DNA of 64,000 bases from Aigarchaeota archaeon (GTDB taxonomy: Archaea > Thermoproteota > Nitrososphaeria_A > Caldarchaeales > Wolframiiraptoraceae), in assembly GCA_025058515.1 (NCBI GenBank), contig JANXDW010000006.1:9050-73049 (forward strand), written 5' to 3'. Numbering within the stretch: the first letter of the stretch is position 1; each line of letters begins with the position of its first letter. The notes below the pieces were generated by a model. That model saw only the letters and a program-made list of their open reading frames with translations. It did no database searches and was not told where the DNA came from. Positions 48,597 through 57,787 of this stretch are shown one piece after another. The position numbers were made by a program, and so were the translations under genes.

Positions 48597-48983
48597 TTAT
48601 CTATAATTGTCTTGCTTCAATATCTTGAATAGTATCTTCACCTCTCTATCGATTCTTCCTCTCTTATGGGATAGGAGGCTACCGCTAAATGTTTTTGGAA
48701 TATGGAGTAGCTCGTGGATTATTATCTTATCCTTCTCATCTTCTGGAAGATTATCGAATCTCTCTGATATGAACTCTATAACATAGTGAGGCTTCATCTT
48801 TAATCCGGTTAAGAATGCTTTAGATATACCATGTATTCTCGCAAACGTGTTCACCGATCTTGACCCATGACTTCTAACACACTTAATTCTCTCACCATCT
48901 ATATACGTTAGCTTAAGGATAGAGATGATCTTTCTTACACGTTCTTCAAGATCTGGAGCGTGGATATACCTAACCAATATCAA
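48597..48983 (-). CDS. Small putative zinc metallopeptidase (HExxH)
   Basis: IIIHELLHIPKTFSGSL carries an HExxH motif. 128 aa. Weak call. Confidence 0.35.
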   Translation of the reverse strand: MILVRYIHAPDLEERVRKIISILKLTYIDGERIKCVRSHGSRSVNTFARIHGISKAFLTGLKMKPHYVIEFISERFDNLPEDEKDKIIIHELLHIPKTFSGSLLSHKRGRIDREVKILFKILKQDNYR

Positions 48984-49035
48984 TCAAGTAGATTAGCTAG
49001 AGATGAATAATAAAGATTATCCTTCTCCCTGATCA

Positions 49036-49599
49036 CTAAATTTCTAGAAGTTCTAACTGTTCTTTACAATACTTTTCTGATCTCTTCTCATTCTCTTCAA
49101 TCGATTTAAGAAGTTCTTCTGTTCTAAGCAGTATCTTGTATTCTTTCTCAGATATGATAGATGCTAACTTGACTCCTTTAGATGTCTCTATGAAAATGGT
49201 GATAACCTTTGCTGGAAGCTCTTTGGGAATCTTCTTGATCAACTCTTCATCTAAGATAGGTGAACTGAAGAATCTTCCACTCTTCCATCCCGTGACTACA
49301 GGGATCCCCTCTCTAGATACTTCTTCTATCAAGCTCTCTTCTATCTTAAGATGATGTACATCTTCTAGAATCTCTACTTCATCTGCTACAAGCTTTTCTT
49401 CCTCTCGCTGTCTACTCGAGATCAATTTTACCTTAACAAATGATCCAAGTCTAAAATCTTTCGAGATCTCTCTTAGATAAACATTCCACACTTCTTCTCC
49501 AAGAGAAATAATTCTCACTCTATAGCTGAGTAAACCTCTCTTTACCACTGGCTCAACCGATGTAACGTATCCACGTATATCATAGACTTCTCTACTCAT
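49036..49599 (-). CDS. Hypothetical protein, possible N-terminal OB-fold
   Basis: N-terminal YDIRGYVTSVEPVVKRG...YRVRIISLGEEVWNVYLREISKDFRLGSFVKVKL resembles an OB-fold barrel; remainder charged/helical. 187 aa. Confidence 0.3.
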   Translation of the reverse strand: MSREVYDIRGYVTSVEPVVKRGLLSYRVRIISLGEEVWNVYLREISKDFRLGSFVKVKLISSRQREEEKLVADEVEILEDVHHLKIEESLIEEVSREGIPVVTGWKSGRFFSSPILDEELIKKIPKELPAKVITIFIETSKGVKLASIISEKEYKILLRTEELLKSIEENEKRSEKYCKEQLELLEI

Positions 49600-49682
49600 T
49601 CACTCTTACCACCGATATATTTTCCACACTATAGTTCGTTAGAAAACTCATATATTTAACCACTAATTATAGCTTTAGGTAG

Positions 49683-49937
49683 ATGTACGAGGTTAAGATC
49701 TTAAGCTGGGATCAAGCAAAGAGTTTAGCAGAGAAAGAAATAGAGGAGAGGCTGGGAGGAAAGATTAAGAGCTCATGGGTTGAAAGTATCTGGTTAACAC
49801 CACACTCTGAAGGGAGTAGATGGATAGTAAAATTGAAAGTAGTAATGAGTAAAGGGTTTATGAGGGGAGAAAGCTATACAGTATCTGTAGTGTTAAACTC
49901 GTTAACAGGAGAAGTAGAAGAATTCGAGGCAAGATGA
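49683..49937 (+). CDS. Hypothetical small protein (84 aa)
   Basis: ORF only. Confidence 0.25.
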   Translation: MYEVKILSWDQAKSLAEKEIEERLGGKIKSSWVESIWLTPHSEGSRWIVKLKVVMSKGFMRGESYTVSVVLNSLTGEVEEFEAR

Positions 49938-50166
49938 TATATTAGACAATGATAGGATATCATTAGGCTGGCTCAGTAAATATTTATCTTCACAATTCTG
50001 AACTCGGCAAATACTTCATCGCCAGCCAATAACATAATACTCATTGAGTTATTTTAATTTTAGGGTATCTTTTCCATGAAATCCTAGAATAGTGTTAGCA
50101 TACTCTGTAGATGAGAGATTATATCCTAAATTGAGAAGAAGGCTTACATCTTTAACAGTAGAGAGG

Positions 50167-51171
50167 TCATCCTTCGTAAATCTTCATCGATAGAAAATTC
50201 TTTAATAACCGAACTCCATGAATGATCCTACTTGAACTCTTCATTTGAATCTCTCGGAGTTTTTCTTCAATAATCTTTAACTCTTCTTCATCTAATCTAA
50301 AGTCTAATGAACCTGCGATATCTAGTACATGTTCTATTTTTTTAACTCCTGGTATCGGGATAGCGTTCGGCCATCTAATTATCCAGTTTAAGACTATCTG
50401 CGTAATGGTCTTCCCCCTTCTACTTGCAATCTCTCTAAGAACCTCAATTAATGGTTGAATATTTTTCAACTTCCATGATGTAAAGTATGGATTAACTTTC
50501 CTAACTAAATCTCTAGGCTTATTTAATTGAGAATACTTTCCAGTTAAAGCTCCTTGAGCTAGTGGGCTATAAGCTATGAGAGTTATCTTCTCTCTTAAGC
50601 AGTATTCGAGCATATCTTTCTCAACATCTCTCTTCAACATGTTGTATTCAACTTGATTAGATACTATGTCAATTCTTGAAAGAGATTCTCTAGCTTTTTC
50701 AAGTTGTTTAAGATTGAAGTTGCTTACGCCTATTGTTAAGACTTTTCCTTCACTCCAAAGCTTCTCCAAGATCTTCATAGTCATAGGTATAAACGTTGAG
50801 CTAGTAGGCCAGTGAACTTGATATAGATCTACGTAGGATGTTCCTAGACGTTTTAAACTACCTTCTAATGCACTCCTAATACCTCTCTCCGTCATCCTAG
50901 TTGGAGAAAACTTTGTAGCAATCACTACTTCATCTCTTTTAATACTCTTTAAACATCTCCCAAGTATCTCTTCAGATCTTCCATTACCGTATATCTCTGC
51001 AGTATCAAAGAAGTTTATACCTAGTTCTAGTGCTTTATTAAAAGCTTCTAGTAAGTCTTGGTCACTATATGTTTTTGAGTATCCCCAGATCTTCGAACCC
51101 CACTGCCAGGTACCGATACCAACAGCAGAGACCTTGATACCACTGCTGCCCAGCTCTCTATACTCACCCAT
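50167..51171 (-). CDS. Aldo/keto reductase
   Basis: GIGTWQWG, FFDTAEIYGNGRSEE, LYQVHWP (AKR catalytic tetrad context). 334 aa. Confidence 0.85.
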   Translation of the reverse strand: MGEYRELGSSGIKVSAVGIGTWQWGSKIWGYSKTYSDQDLLEAFNKALELGINFFDTAEIYGNGRSEEILGRCLKSIKRDEVVIATKFSPTRMTERGIRSALEGSLKRLGTSYVDLYQVHWPTSSTFIPMTMKILEKLWSEGKVLTIGVSNFNLKQLEKARESLSRIDIVSNQVEYNMLKRDVEKDMLEYCLREKITLIAYSPLAQGALTGKYSQLNKPRDLVRKVNPYFTSWKLKNIQPLIEVLREIASRRGKTITQIVLNWIIRWPNAIPIPGVKKIEHVLDIAGSLDFRLDEEELKIIEEKLREIQMKSSSRIIHGVRLLKNFLSMKIYEG

Positions 51172-51455
51172 CCTAGGAGAAAGATTCAGAATGCTCTTTT
51201 TAAGTCTTCAATAATAACATGATCTATCTGACTGATTTGCCAATTGATAAGATGCGTAAATTTTCGATTGAATAAAGGTACTTCATATGTTAAGAGTATG
51301 AAGAAGTATAGCTAGCTTTGTAGATCTAGCTTAATCTATTAGCATTATCTAGATGACGTCTATATCATAAAAATAGCTTCAACTCATCGTCTAGAGATTG
51401 TCGAAAACACTCGATACTTTTAAATTATAGTCTTGCAATTTATTTTCTGGTATTC

Positions 51456-51869
51456 ATGTCGGAAGAATACGGTAAAGAAGTTTGTAAGATTCTAGATAAT
51501 ATTTGGTCTCAGTTATCTGAAATGTTGGTAGAATTGATTAATAGGAAGATAGAGATCCCGCATGCTATTAAGGTTGCTCTAGATGGAGCGAAAGTCTTAA
51601 TAATCTTATGTAAATATCATCCTAAACTTGCATTCGATGTTTCTCCATCAATGCTAGATAGTGTACAAGGATTTTGTGTAGGATGCTGTGGAGCTGATCT
51701 AGTCTCAAGAGTAATCTGTGAATTGAGGACAGCTCAAGATCTATTAACTCTTAAAGCCGTATCTGTTTTTGGTGAAGAGTATGTAAAGATGTGGCAGAGG
51801 AAGCTAGATGAACTATGGCGTCAAGTTGGGTACGAGTACACTCAATTAATGAAAGTAGATAGAGTGTGA
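51456..51869 (+). CDS. Hypothetical protein (137 aa) with CVGCCG cysteine cluster
   Basis: ORF only; the FCVGCCGADLVSRVICE cysteine cluster is noted. Confidence 0.3.
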   Translation: MSEEYGKEVCKILDNIWSQLSEMLVELINRKIEIPHAIKVALDGAKVLIILCKYHPKLAFDVSPSMLDSVQGFCVGCCGADLVSRVICELRTAQDLLTLKAVSVFGEEYVKMWQRKLDELWRQVGYEYTQLMKVDRV

Positions 51870-51979
51870 GTATAGCCTTCGTAAAAATAGAGTATATTTA
51901 GAGAAACCGAGTAGTGTAAGTAACAATAGTAGTTAAGGAAAAGAATTTAATTATCATATAGTTTAATAATATCTGGGAG

Positions 51980-52489
51980 TTGTATAAACTATTTTACGAT
52001 GTTCCTGCTGAAGGTTATAGAGAACTCTATGGAGAGGAACAGTTAGAGAAGTATAAGACTGCTTTAAAAAATATTGAATTAAATTTTGATAGAATCTTAG
52101 ATGTTGGATGTGGGATCGGGCTTCTAGCTGAAAATCTAAGGTCACTCGGGTTCAGTGGAGAGTACATCGGAGTAGATATTGATCTTGAAAGAGTTAAGTC
52201 TGCTGAGAAAGTTCATGGAGAGTACATTATCGCAGATGCCCACCACCTACCTTTCAGGGATAAATGCTTCTATATCTCTACAAGTTTTACAGTAATCCAT
52301 CTACTTGATTTAAAGAAAACATTAAAAGAGATGCAGAGAGTATCGGAGAAGCTACTCATACTCACATTGTTAAAGAAGAGAGATGATCTAAAGAATCTAC
52401 TTATTGAAGAGATGAAGAATATTGGAAAAATAGTTGAGATAGATGTTCCCTCAGTTAAAGACTACATCTTCATAATCTATCTAGATTAA
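51980..52489 (+). CDS. Class I SAM-dependent methyltransferase (small, 169 aa)
   Basis: Motif I ILDVGCGIGLLAENL, acidic motif II GVDIDLE, motif III-like IIADAHHLPF. Confidence 0.7.
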   Translation: MYKLFYDVPAEGYRELYGEEQLEKYKTALKNIELNFDRILDVGCGIGLLAENLRSLGFSGEYIGVDIDLERVKSAEKVHGEYIIADAHHLPFRDKCFYISTSFTVIHLLDLKKTLKEMQRVSEKLLILTLLKKRDDLKNLLIEEMKNIGKIVEIDVPSVKDYIFIIYLD

Positions 52490-52535
52490 AAGAATTAAGC
52501 TTAAATTTTGCAGAACTTCAAATACATTCTGTAAA

Positions 52536-54491
52536 ATGGTCTCGGCCAGAACTATTAACAGGATCTTTTCACCTATACTATCAGGGTTAAATCATATATT
52601 CTTCAGACCTGTAACTATTAAGTATCCATTCGAGAAGAGTTACAATATTCCAGATTCTAACTATAGATTTGATCCAAAAGAAGGTATAGCTTATCCAGGG
52701 TATAGGGGGAGGCACATCCTATACCTTGACAAGTGTACGGGATGTGGTGCATGTGACCGTGCATGTGAAAATATATCTGAAGCAATAAGTATGGTACATG
52801 GATATGATTTATCTTTAAAGCTTAGTGAAGATGCATACAACAACCTAAAACATGAAGGAGAGGTTGCTAAAGCGTTTAAACTATTATTAGAACCATTCTC
52901 GGGAGAGTCAAAATCAATTGAGAAGAGAGAAGATATCTACACTATAAGATTGAACACAGACCCACTCTTCGAGTATAGATATGAAGTACTTTATGAGAAT
53001 CTTCTAGAGAACCCCTTCCACAGATTAATTAAGAATGGGTGGAGTATAGACCTAGTTGAACATAAGCCAGTGGAAAGTGCGAGATTTAAGATAAGTAAAG
53101 AAGCCTATGTAATAGAGTTAAGTATAGAGAAAAGAGACTTCGGTATAAAGCAGAATAAGAGGAGTATTTTCCCTGCAATAGATTATGGGAGATGCCTTCC
53201 ACCTTGGACGCCGGTCTTCACGTTGGATGGGATAAAACCTATCCAAGAGGTTAAGGTAGGTGATTTAGTATTAACGCATACAGGTCGGTTCAAGAAGGTT
53301 ACACATGTATTTGAAAGAAGTTATACTGGTCTCCTATACACTTTCAAGACGCTTGGTAATGTTGAACCGCTGACGGTCACGGAGGAACATCCAATCTTAA
53401 CCTACATAATGGGCACTATGAGGTGGGTACTCCCAAGGCAGATCAGTTATAGGACATACCTTGTAAGGTCAATACCATTAGAAACCCTCCAACTTGAGAG
53501 GCTAATGTTTTACCATGAACAATATCATCTGACTGGGCGAGGCGGCTGCACGACGTTACTCTACAATGAGCTAACGCCATCACCTGACTTAATGAGGTTA
53601 ATCGGTTACTATATCGTAGAAGGTACAGCTGACAGTTATGGAGTATCGTTTGACATTGGTGAAGAGAAGCGAGATCTAGTTGAGGAAATAATAGTAGCTA
53701 GCAAGAATATCTTTCGAGAAAAGATCTCAATAAAGCTAAATCATTCCTCGGAGGGGTTGAAGTTGGTAATAGACTCGGTTGAGGTCATGGACTTCTTCAA
53801 GCAATTCGGTACGAGAAGCGACCAGAAACATCTCCCTAACTGGGCTCTCCTCATGCCAGTAGATCTTCAGAGAGAATTGATTAGAGCAATATATTTAGGA
53901 GATGGATATTACAGTAATAATCATCGTTCATACATGTATTCAGATTACTTCGTCATCCGAACAACCTCTCGGATATTGGCTAACCAGCTTCCTTACATCT
54001 TGGCTAGATTAGGGGTTGTTGCCTCTATCTCTCTTCAGAAACATAGTAGTGGGGAAAACTGCTACACAATAAAAATCCATAAGCCATTTATCGAGAAGAT
54101 GGCTTCAATTGTTGGAGTAAAAGTTAAGAACGGTGGCTCAAACTCTCAATACAACATAAAAATGGTTGATGATAGAATCATCATATCACCGGTCATCGAC
54201 ATTAATGTTAATTACGTTCATAATTTTAAGGTATACAACTTAGAGGTTGAGGAAGATCAAAGCTTTATAGCGTCAAACCAGATAGTCCATAACTGTGTTT
54301 TCTGCGGATTCTGCGTTGATGCCTGCCCCTTTTACGCACTCGAGATGGGACCATCCTATGAATTATCATCACTTGAACGAGAAGAACTATTCTATACTCC
54401 TCTTATGCTCGCAAACAAGTTCTTCGAGACCTATCCACCAGAAACAACATGGTCTGAGAAAACAGTTATGCTCATTAGGAGGTTCAAGTAG
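52536..54491 (+). CDS. nuoI: NuoI-type two-[4Fe-4S] ferredoxin subunit of complex I. It carries a 367-aa LAGLIDADG intein and an extra insertion of about 100 aa between the two cluster motifs.
   Basis: N-extein FRPVTIKYPFEKSYNIPDSNYRFDPKEGIAYPGYRGRHILYLDKCTGCGACDRAC matches the NuoI YPxE..P.RYRGR..L...CxxCxxCxxxC pattern. C-extein CVFCGFCVDACPFYALE is the second CxxCxxCxxxCP. The mature extein would be 284 aa. Confidence 0.75.
   Translation: MVSARTINRIFSPILSGLNHIFFRPVTIKYPFEKSYNIPDSNYRFDPKEGIAYPGYRGRHILYLDKCTGCGACDRACENISEAISMVHGYDLSLKLSEDAYNNLKHEGEVAKAFKLLLEPFSGESKSIEKREDIYTIRLNTDPLFEYRYEVLYENLLENPFHRLIKNGWSIDLVEHKPVESARFKISKEAYVIELSIEKRDFGIKQNKRSIFPAIDYGRCLPPWTPVFTLDGIKPIQEVKVGDLVLTHTGRFKKVTHVFERSYTGLLYTFKTLGNVEPLTVTEEHPILTYIMGTMRWVLPRQISYRTYLVRSIPLETLQLERLMFYHEQYHLTGRGGCTTLLYNELTPSPDLMRLIGYYIVEGTADSYGVSFDIGEEKRDLVEEIIVASKNIFREKISIKLNHSSEGLKLVIDSVEVMDFFKQFGTRSDQKHLPNWALLMPVDLQRELIRAIYLGDGYYSNNHRSYMYSDYFVIRTTSRILANQLPYILARLGVVASISLQKHSSGENCYTIKIHKPFIEKMASIVGVKVKNGGSNSQYNIKMVDDRIIISPVIDINVNYVHNFKVYNLEVEEDQSFIASNQIVHNCVFCGFCVDACPFYALEMGPSYELSSLEREELFYTPLMLANKFFETYPPETTWSEKTVMLIRRFK
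53193..54293 (+). mobile_element. Intein (367 aa) with LAGLIDADG homing-endonuclease domain, inserted in nuoI
   Basis: Begins with Cys1 (CLPPWTPVFTLDG = block A), LTHTG/KVTHVF (block B). LAGLIDADG motifs LIGYYIVEGTADSYG and LIRAIYLGDGYYSNN. C-terminal blocks F/G VYNLEVEEDQSFIASNQIVHN, followed by the +1 Cys (CVFCGFC). Confidence 0.75.
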
Positions 54492-54642
54492 AGGTTGAAT
54501 TCTTCTCCTCTAACTGAGATAATCGAGGTCAACACTTTATTCTTCAAAACATCATCTTAGAAACTTTGAACATGTATTCACAAAGACATGAAGAGAAACA
54601 TTGCTCAAAGTCTATATAGTGGGAGAATAAATATGCTTTGAG

Positions 54643-55005
54643 ATGTCTTCAGAACACTTATCACAAACCATCAAAGACCGTAGAATACTTAGAGAAGCTT
54701 ATACATTATGCAGGATGATAATCTTTAATCTAAGATCTTTCCTAGATGTTGAAGATTACGGATATCTGAAAAAAGCTTGTGAACTAGCTGAGTACGCTTC
54801 ATCTAAGATAGATTATCTTGAGAATATGCATGGATTCAGAGACCTTTACAATAATTTGAAAGACCTCCGTAATCAACTTGAGTCTAAATCTTGGAAGCTT
54901 ACAGAAGAAGAATATGGAAGGATATCCGAGCAAGTTACATACACAATCGTAAGAGCTAACATTATCGCGATGGGATTAAACTTTAAGCTTAAAAGAATGA
55001 AATAA
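54643..55005 (+). CDS. Hypothetical helical protein (120 aa)
   Basis: ORF only. Confidence 0.3.
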   Translation: MSSEHLSQTIKDRRILREAYTLCRMIIFNLRSFLDVEDYGYLKKACELAEYASSKIDYLENMHGFRDLYNNLKDLRNQLESKSWKLTEEEYGRISEQVTYTIVRANIIAMGLNFKLKRMK

Positions 55006-55047
55006 TAACTCAAGACTCTCTATAGATTATGATCTGAGGTGTGATCT

Positions 55048-56010
55048 TTGAAGAAGATTGGAATTGTTACTAGTGGCGGGGATGCTCCAGGGATGAATGC
55101 AGCTATAAGAGCTCTGGTAAGATTGTCTGCTTGGAATAATATCCAGGTCATCGGATTTATCAGAGGATGGGAGGGGGTAATCAATAATCGATTCACCGTA
55201 CTTAACCCTAGGTCTGTAAGCGGGATCCTACATCTAGGTGGAACGATACTCAAGACCTCGAGATCTCTAGAGTTCAAGACTAGAGAAGGCTTAGAGAAAG
55301 CTGCGGTCAACCTTGAAAAAGACGGGGTCGATGGATTGGTAGTTATAGGGGGTGAGGGATCTGTAAGAGGTGCATACGAACTCAGTAAGTTTACAGATGT
55401 TAAGATAGTGGTCTTACCAGCCTCTATAGACAACGATGTATATGGAACCGATGAGACCATAGGGTTTGATACAGCAGTTAACACAGCCCTCGATGAGATA
55501 AATAAGATTAGAGATACTGCAATATCTCATGAAAGAACGTTCATAGTCGAGGTAATGGGTAGAAAGAGAGGGTTCCTAGCTGTTGAAGTCGGCTTGACCG
55601 CTGGAGCTGAAGTAATACTCGTACCCGAGGTCCCGTATAATGAAGAAAATGTACTAGATATTCTGAAGAAGAATGTAGATAAAGGGAAGAGTTCAAGTAT
55701 TATTGTTATCGCTGAAGGTGTTGGGAAAACAAGTAGCTTAGCAGAAGCTATAGAGAAGAAAGTTGGAGTAGAAGTTAGAGTAAGCATATTGGGATATGTT
55801 CAGAGAGGTGGGAACCCAACGGCTAGAAGTAGACATCTAGCATCTATATTCTCAGAGAAAGCGATCGAGCTAATGTTAGACGGCGTCGGTGGACGGCTCG
55901 TCGGGTTGATGAATGGGAGAGTATCCTCGATCAGCTTAGAAGAATCAATCAGTAATGAGAAACCTCTCAATCTAGAACTTCTAAAATTAGCTGAGAAACT
56001 CGCTATCTAG
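55048..56010 (+). CDS. pfk: 6-Phosphofructokinase (PFK-A family; ATP- or PPi-dependent)
   Basis: MKKIGIVTSGGDAPGMNAAIRALV; GGEGS; the substrate-binding VGYVQRGG; 320 aa; TTG start. Confidence 0.85.
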   Translation: MKKIGIVTSGGDAPGMNAAIRALVRLSAWNNIQVIGFIRGWEGVINNRFTVLNPRSVSGILHLGGTILKTSRSLEFKTREGLEKAAVNLEKDGVDGLVVIGGEGSVRGAYELSKFTDVKIVVLPASIDNDVYGTDETIGFDTAVNTALDEINKIRDTAISHERTFIVEVMGRKRGFLAVEVGLTAGAEVILVPEVPYNEENVLDILKKNVDKGKSSSIIVIAEGVGKTSSLAEAIEKKVGVEVRVSILGYVQRGGNPTARSRHLASIFSEKAIELMLDGVGGRLVGLMNGRVSSISLEESISNEKPLNLELLKLAEKLAI

Positions 56011-56026
56011 AAAGTTTCCTAACTAC

Positions 56027-56278
56027 CTACTCTTTCAACTGAAGTTTCTCCGCCATCGTGTACTCTCTTATCTTCTCCAATCTCTCTAGAAACCTAGTCT
56101 TCAAAATATCCACATCCTCTCTACTATAATCTATCCTATTCTCTACCATTACTCCTACGGCACACTCAACCCATTCATCTGCAATTCTCTGCAATTCTTG
56201 ATCAGAGAGATCAGAATCTAGAATCTCTTTAACGATCTCCTCAATCTTCTCTCTACATCTCTCAGATACTTTCACCAT
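56027..56278 (-). CDS. Hypothetical acidic protein (83 aa)
   Basis: ORF only. Confidence 0.25.
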   Translation of the reverse strand: MVKVSERCREKIEEIVKEILDSDLSDQELQRIADEWVECAVGVMVENRIDYSREDVDILKTRFLERLEKIREYTMAEKLQLKE

Positions 56279-56373
56279 CTCAGTGACCTATAATCTTTTT
56301 CAGAGAACCTAGGTTAAAGATATTTCTAAGAGTATGATTAGATAGTGGATAATCTTAAAATATGGTCTTATAG

Positions 56374-56781
56374 TTGTTGATCATGCTGTTTAGTTGGGTG
56401 ATGAGGTTGTCCCCTCTCTTTGCTCTCACTCTATACATCGTGTTCGCAGTAGCTACAGTAGTAATCATGGCTTTAGTACCTTTAATACTTGCACCTTGGA
56501 AGCCTATGATTAAAAAGAAGATCTCATTTGAGTGTGGTCAGACACCTTTTCCATGGAGAGAAGAAGCATTCCCATACGAGTATTTCCCATATCTTATCAT
56601 ATACGTGGCCTACGCAGTAATAGGAGTAGTAGTCTTCCTATCTAGCATAGTCTTGGTAGAAGCCCCCCACCTAGCCGATAGAATACTCATCCTCTTTGGA
56701 TCACTTACAGTCGGAGCATTCTTCATAGGTATCCAATTAAGAGAGCTTAAACAAAAACTTGTAGCAGGAAGAGGTGAGTAA
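56374..56781 (+). CDS. Small membrane subunit, NuoA-like (tentative)
   Basis: Three predicted TM helices. SFECGQTPFPW resembles the NuoA PYECG/PFESG motif. Stop lies 3 nt before the nuoH start (operonic). Confidence 0.4.
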   Translation: MLIMLFSWVMRLSPLFALTLYIVFAVATVVIMALVPLILAPWKPMIKKKISFECGQTPFPWREEAFPYEYFPYLIIYVAYAVIGVVVFLSSIVLVEAPHLADRILILFGSLTVGAFFIGIQLRELKQKLVAGRGE

Positions 56782-56784
56782 ACT

Positions 56785-57786
56785 ATGTTCTCAACTATAA
56801 TTGATATTTTAACTAGTGAAGAGTTTATTAAAGCCGCTTTCTTCCCAGGAATAACCTTAGTTATGCTCTATGCTCTATTTACGGTATGGTATGAGAGGAA
56901 GCTACTTGCGAGAGTTGCTTTGAGGATTGGTCCACTGCATGTCGGTAAGATTGCAGGGGTATTCCAATTGGTTGCGGACGCTGTAAAACTATTAACTAAA
57001 GAAGTAATCGTACCCTCCAAGGCTTACAAAATATTATTCGTGATCTCTCCGATAATAGGAGGATTCCTACCTCTTCTAATATTTCCATTTATACCATTTG
57101 GAAGTAGCTGGATAATATATCCATCTAATGTTAGCTTGCTTATAGTATTCGCGATAATAGCGGTCTCACCTATACCTTTCCTAGTAGCTGCATGGGCTTC
57201 TAGAAGCAAATACCCCTTTATAGGCATGCTGAGATTCGGATTCCAGCTATTTGCTTACGAAGTCCCACTATTCCTAGCTCTAATACCCGTAGTCATACTC
57301 ACAGGTAGCCTAGACCTTCAAGAGATAGTTACTGCACAGAAGAATTTCCCATTTATACTTATTCTACCCTTATCATTCATAGTCTTCTTGATCAGTAGTA
57401 TAGCTGAGGTTGAGAGAATACCTTTCGATATACCAACAGCTGAGCAAGAGCTGGTAGCAGGCTGGACCACAGAGTACTCTGGAGTATTATTAGAGTTTAT
57501 ACAACTTGGAGCATATCTTAAAGCTGATGCTCTTGCAGTTATCACATCCATCTTGTTCCTAGGAGGATGGCTTGGACCAGATATACCGTTCATTCCATTA
57601 GAGATAGAAGAACCATTCTGGCTTATGTTGAAATCTCTGATAGTGTTATCTTTCATATTGTTCTTGAGAGGTGTCTATCCTAGGATAACCATCGATAGAC
57701 TACTAGATCTAGGTTGGAGAACGCTTATACCATTAGCTCTACTAAACATATTCATCGCAGCTATAATCGTAGTTTACATCTTCTAG
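56785..57786 (+). CDS. nuoH: NADH-quinone oxidoreductase subunit H (ND1 homolog)
   Basis: ERKLLARVALRIGPLHVGKIAGVFQLVADAVKLLTKE; FDIPTAEQELVAGWTTEYSG (E. coli [20 protein letters not shown]); eight or so TM helices. 333 aa. Confidence 0.9.
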   Translation: MFSTIIDILTSEEFIKAAFFPGITLVMLYALFTVWYERKLLARVALRIGPLHVGKIAGVFQLVADAVKLLTKEVIVPSKAYKILFVISPIIGGFLPLLIFPFIPFGSSWIIYPSNVSLLIVFAIIAVSPIPFLVAAWASRSKYPFIGMLRFGFQLFAYEVPLFLALIPVVILTGSLDLQEIVTAQKNFPFILILPLSFIVFLISSIAEVERIPFDIPTAEQELVAGWTTEYSGVLLEFIQLGAYLKADALAVITSILFLGGWLGPDIPFIPLEIEEPFWLMLKSLIVLSFILFLRGVYPRITIDRLLDLGWRTLIPLALLNIFIAAIIVVYIF

Positions 57787-57787
57787 C

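Noticed and set aside
49938-50020. Possible C/D-box sRNA (AATGATAG ... CTGA) in the intergenic region after the 84-aa ORF
   Set aside because: The C-box is imperfect (UGAUAG), and no convincing C'/D' pair with correct 10-12-nt guide spacing could be identified. This is too weak to call without covariance or expression data.
51172-51455. ATGATC...CTGA elements upstream of ORF 51456 as a C/D-box RNA
   Set aside because: The box spacing is only 3 nt, which is incompatible with a guide region; it is likely chance.
52767-53192. Possible second (mini-)intein in the extra NuoI insertion
   Set aside because: The segment lacks an N-terminal Cys/Ser/Thr at a plausible boundary with block A/B features and has no C-terminal His-Asn. 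It reads as an ordinary inserted domain.
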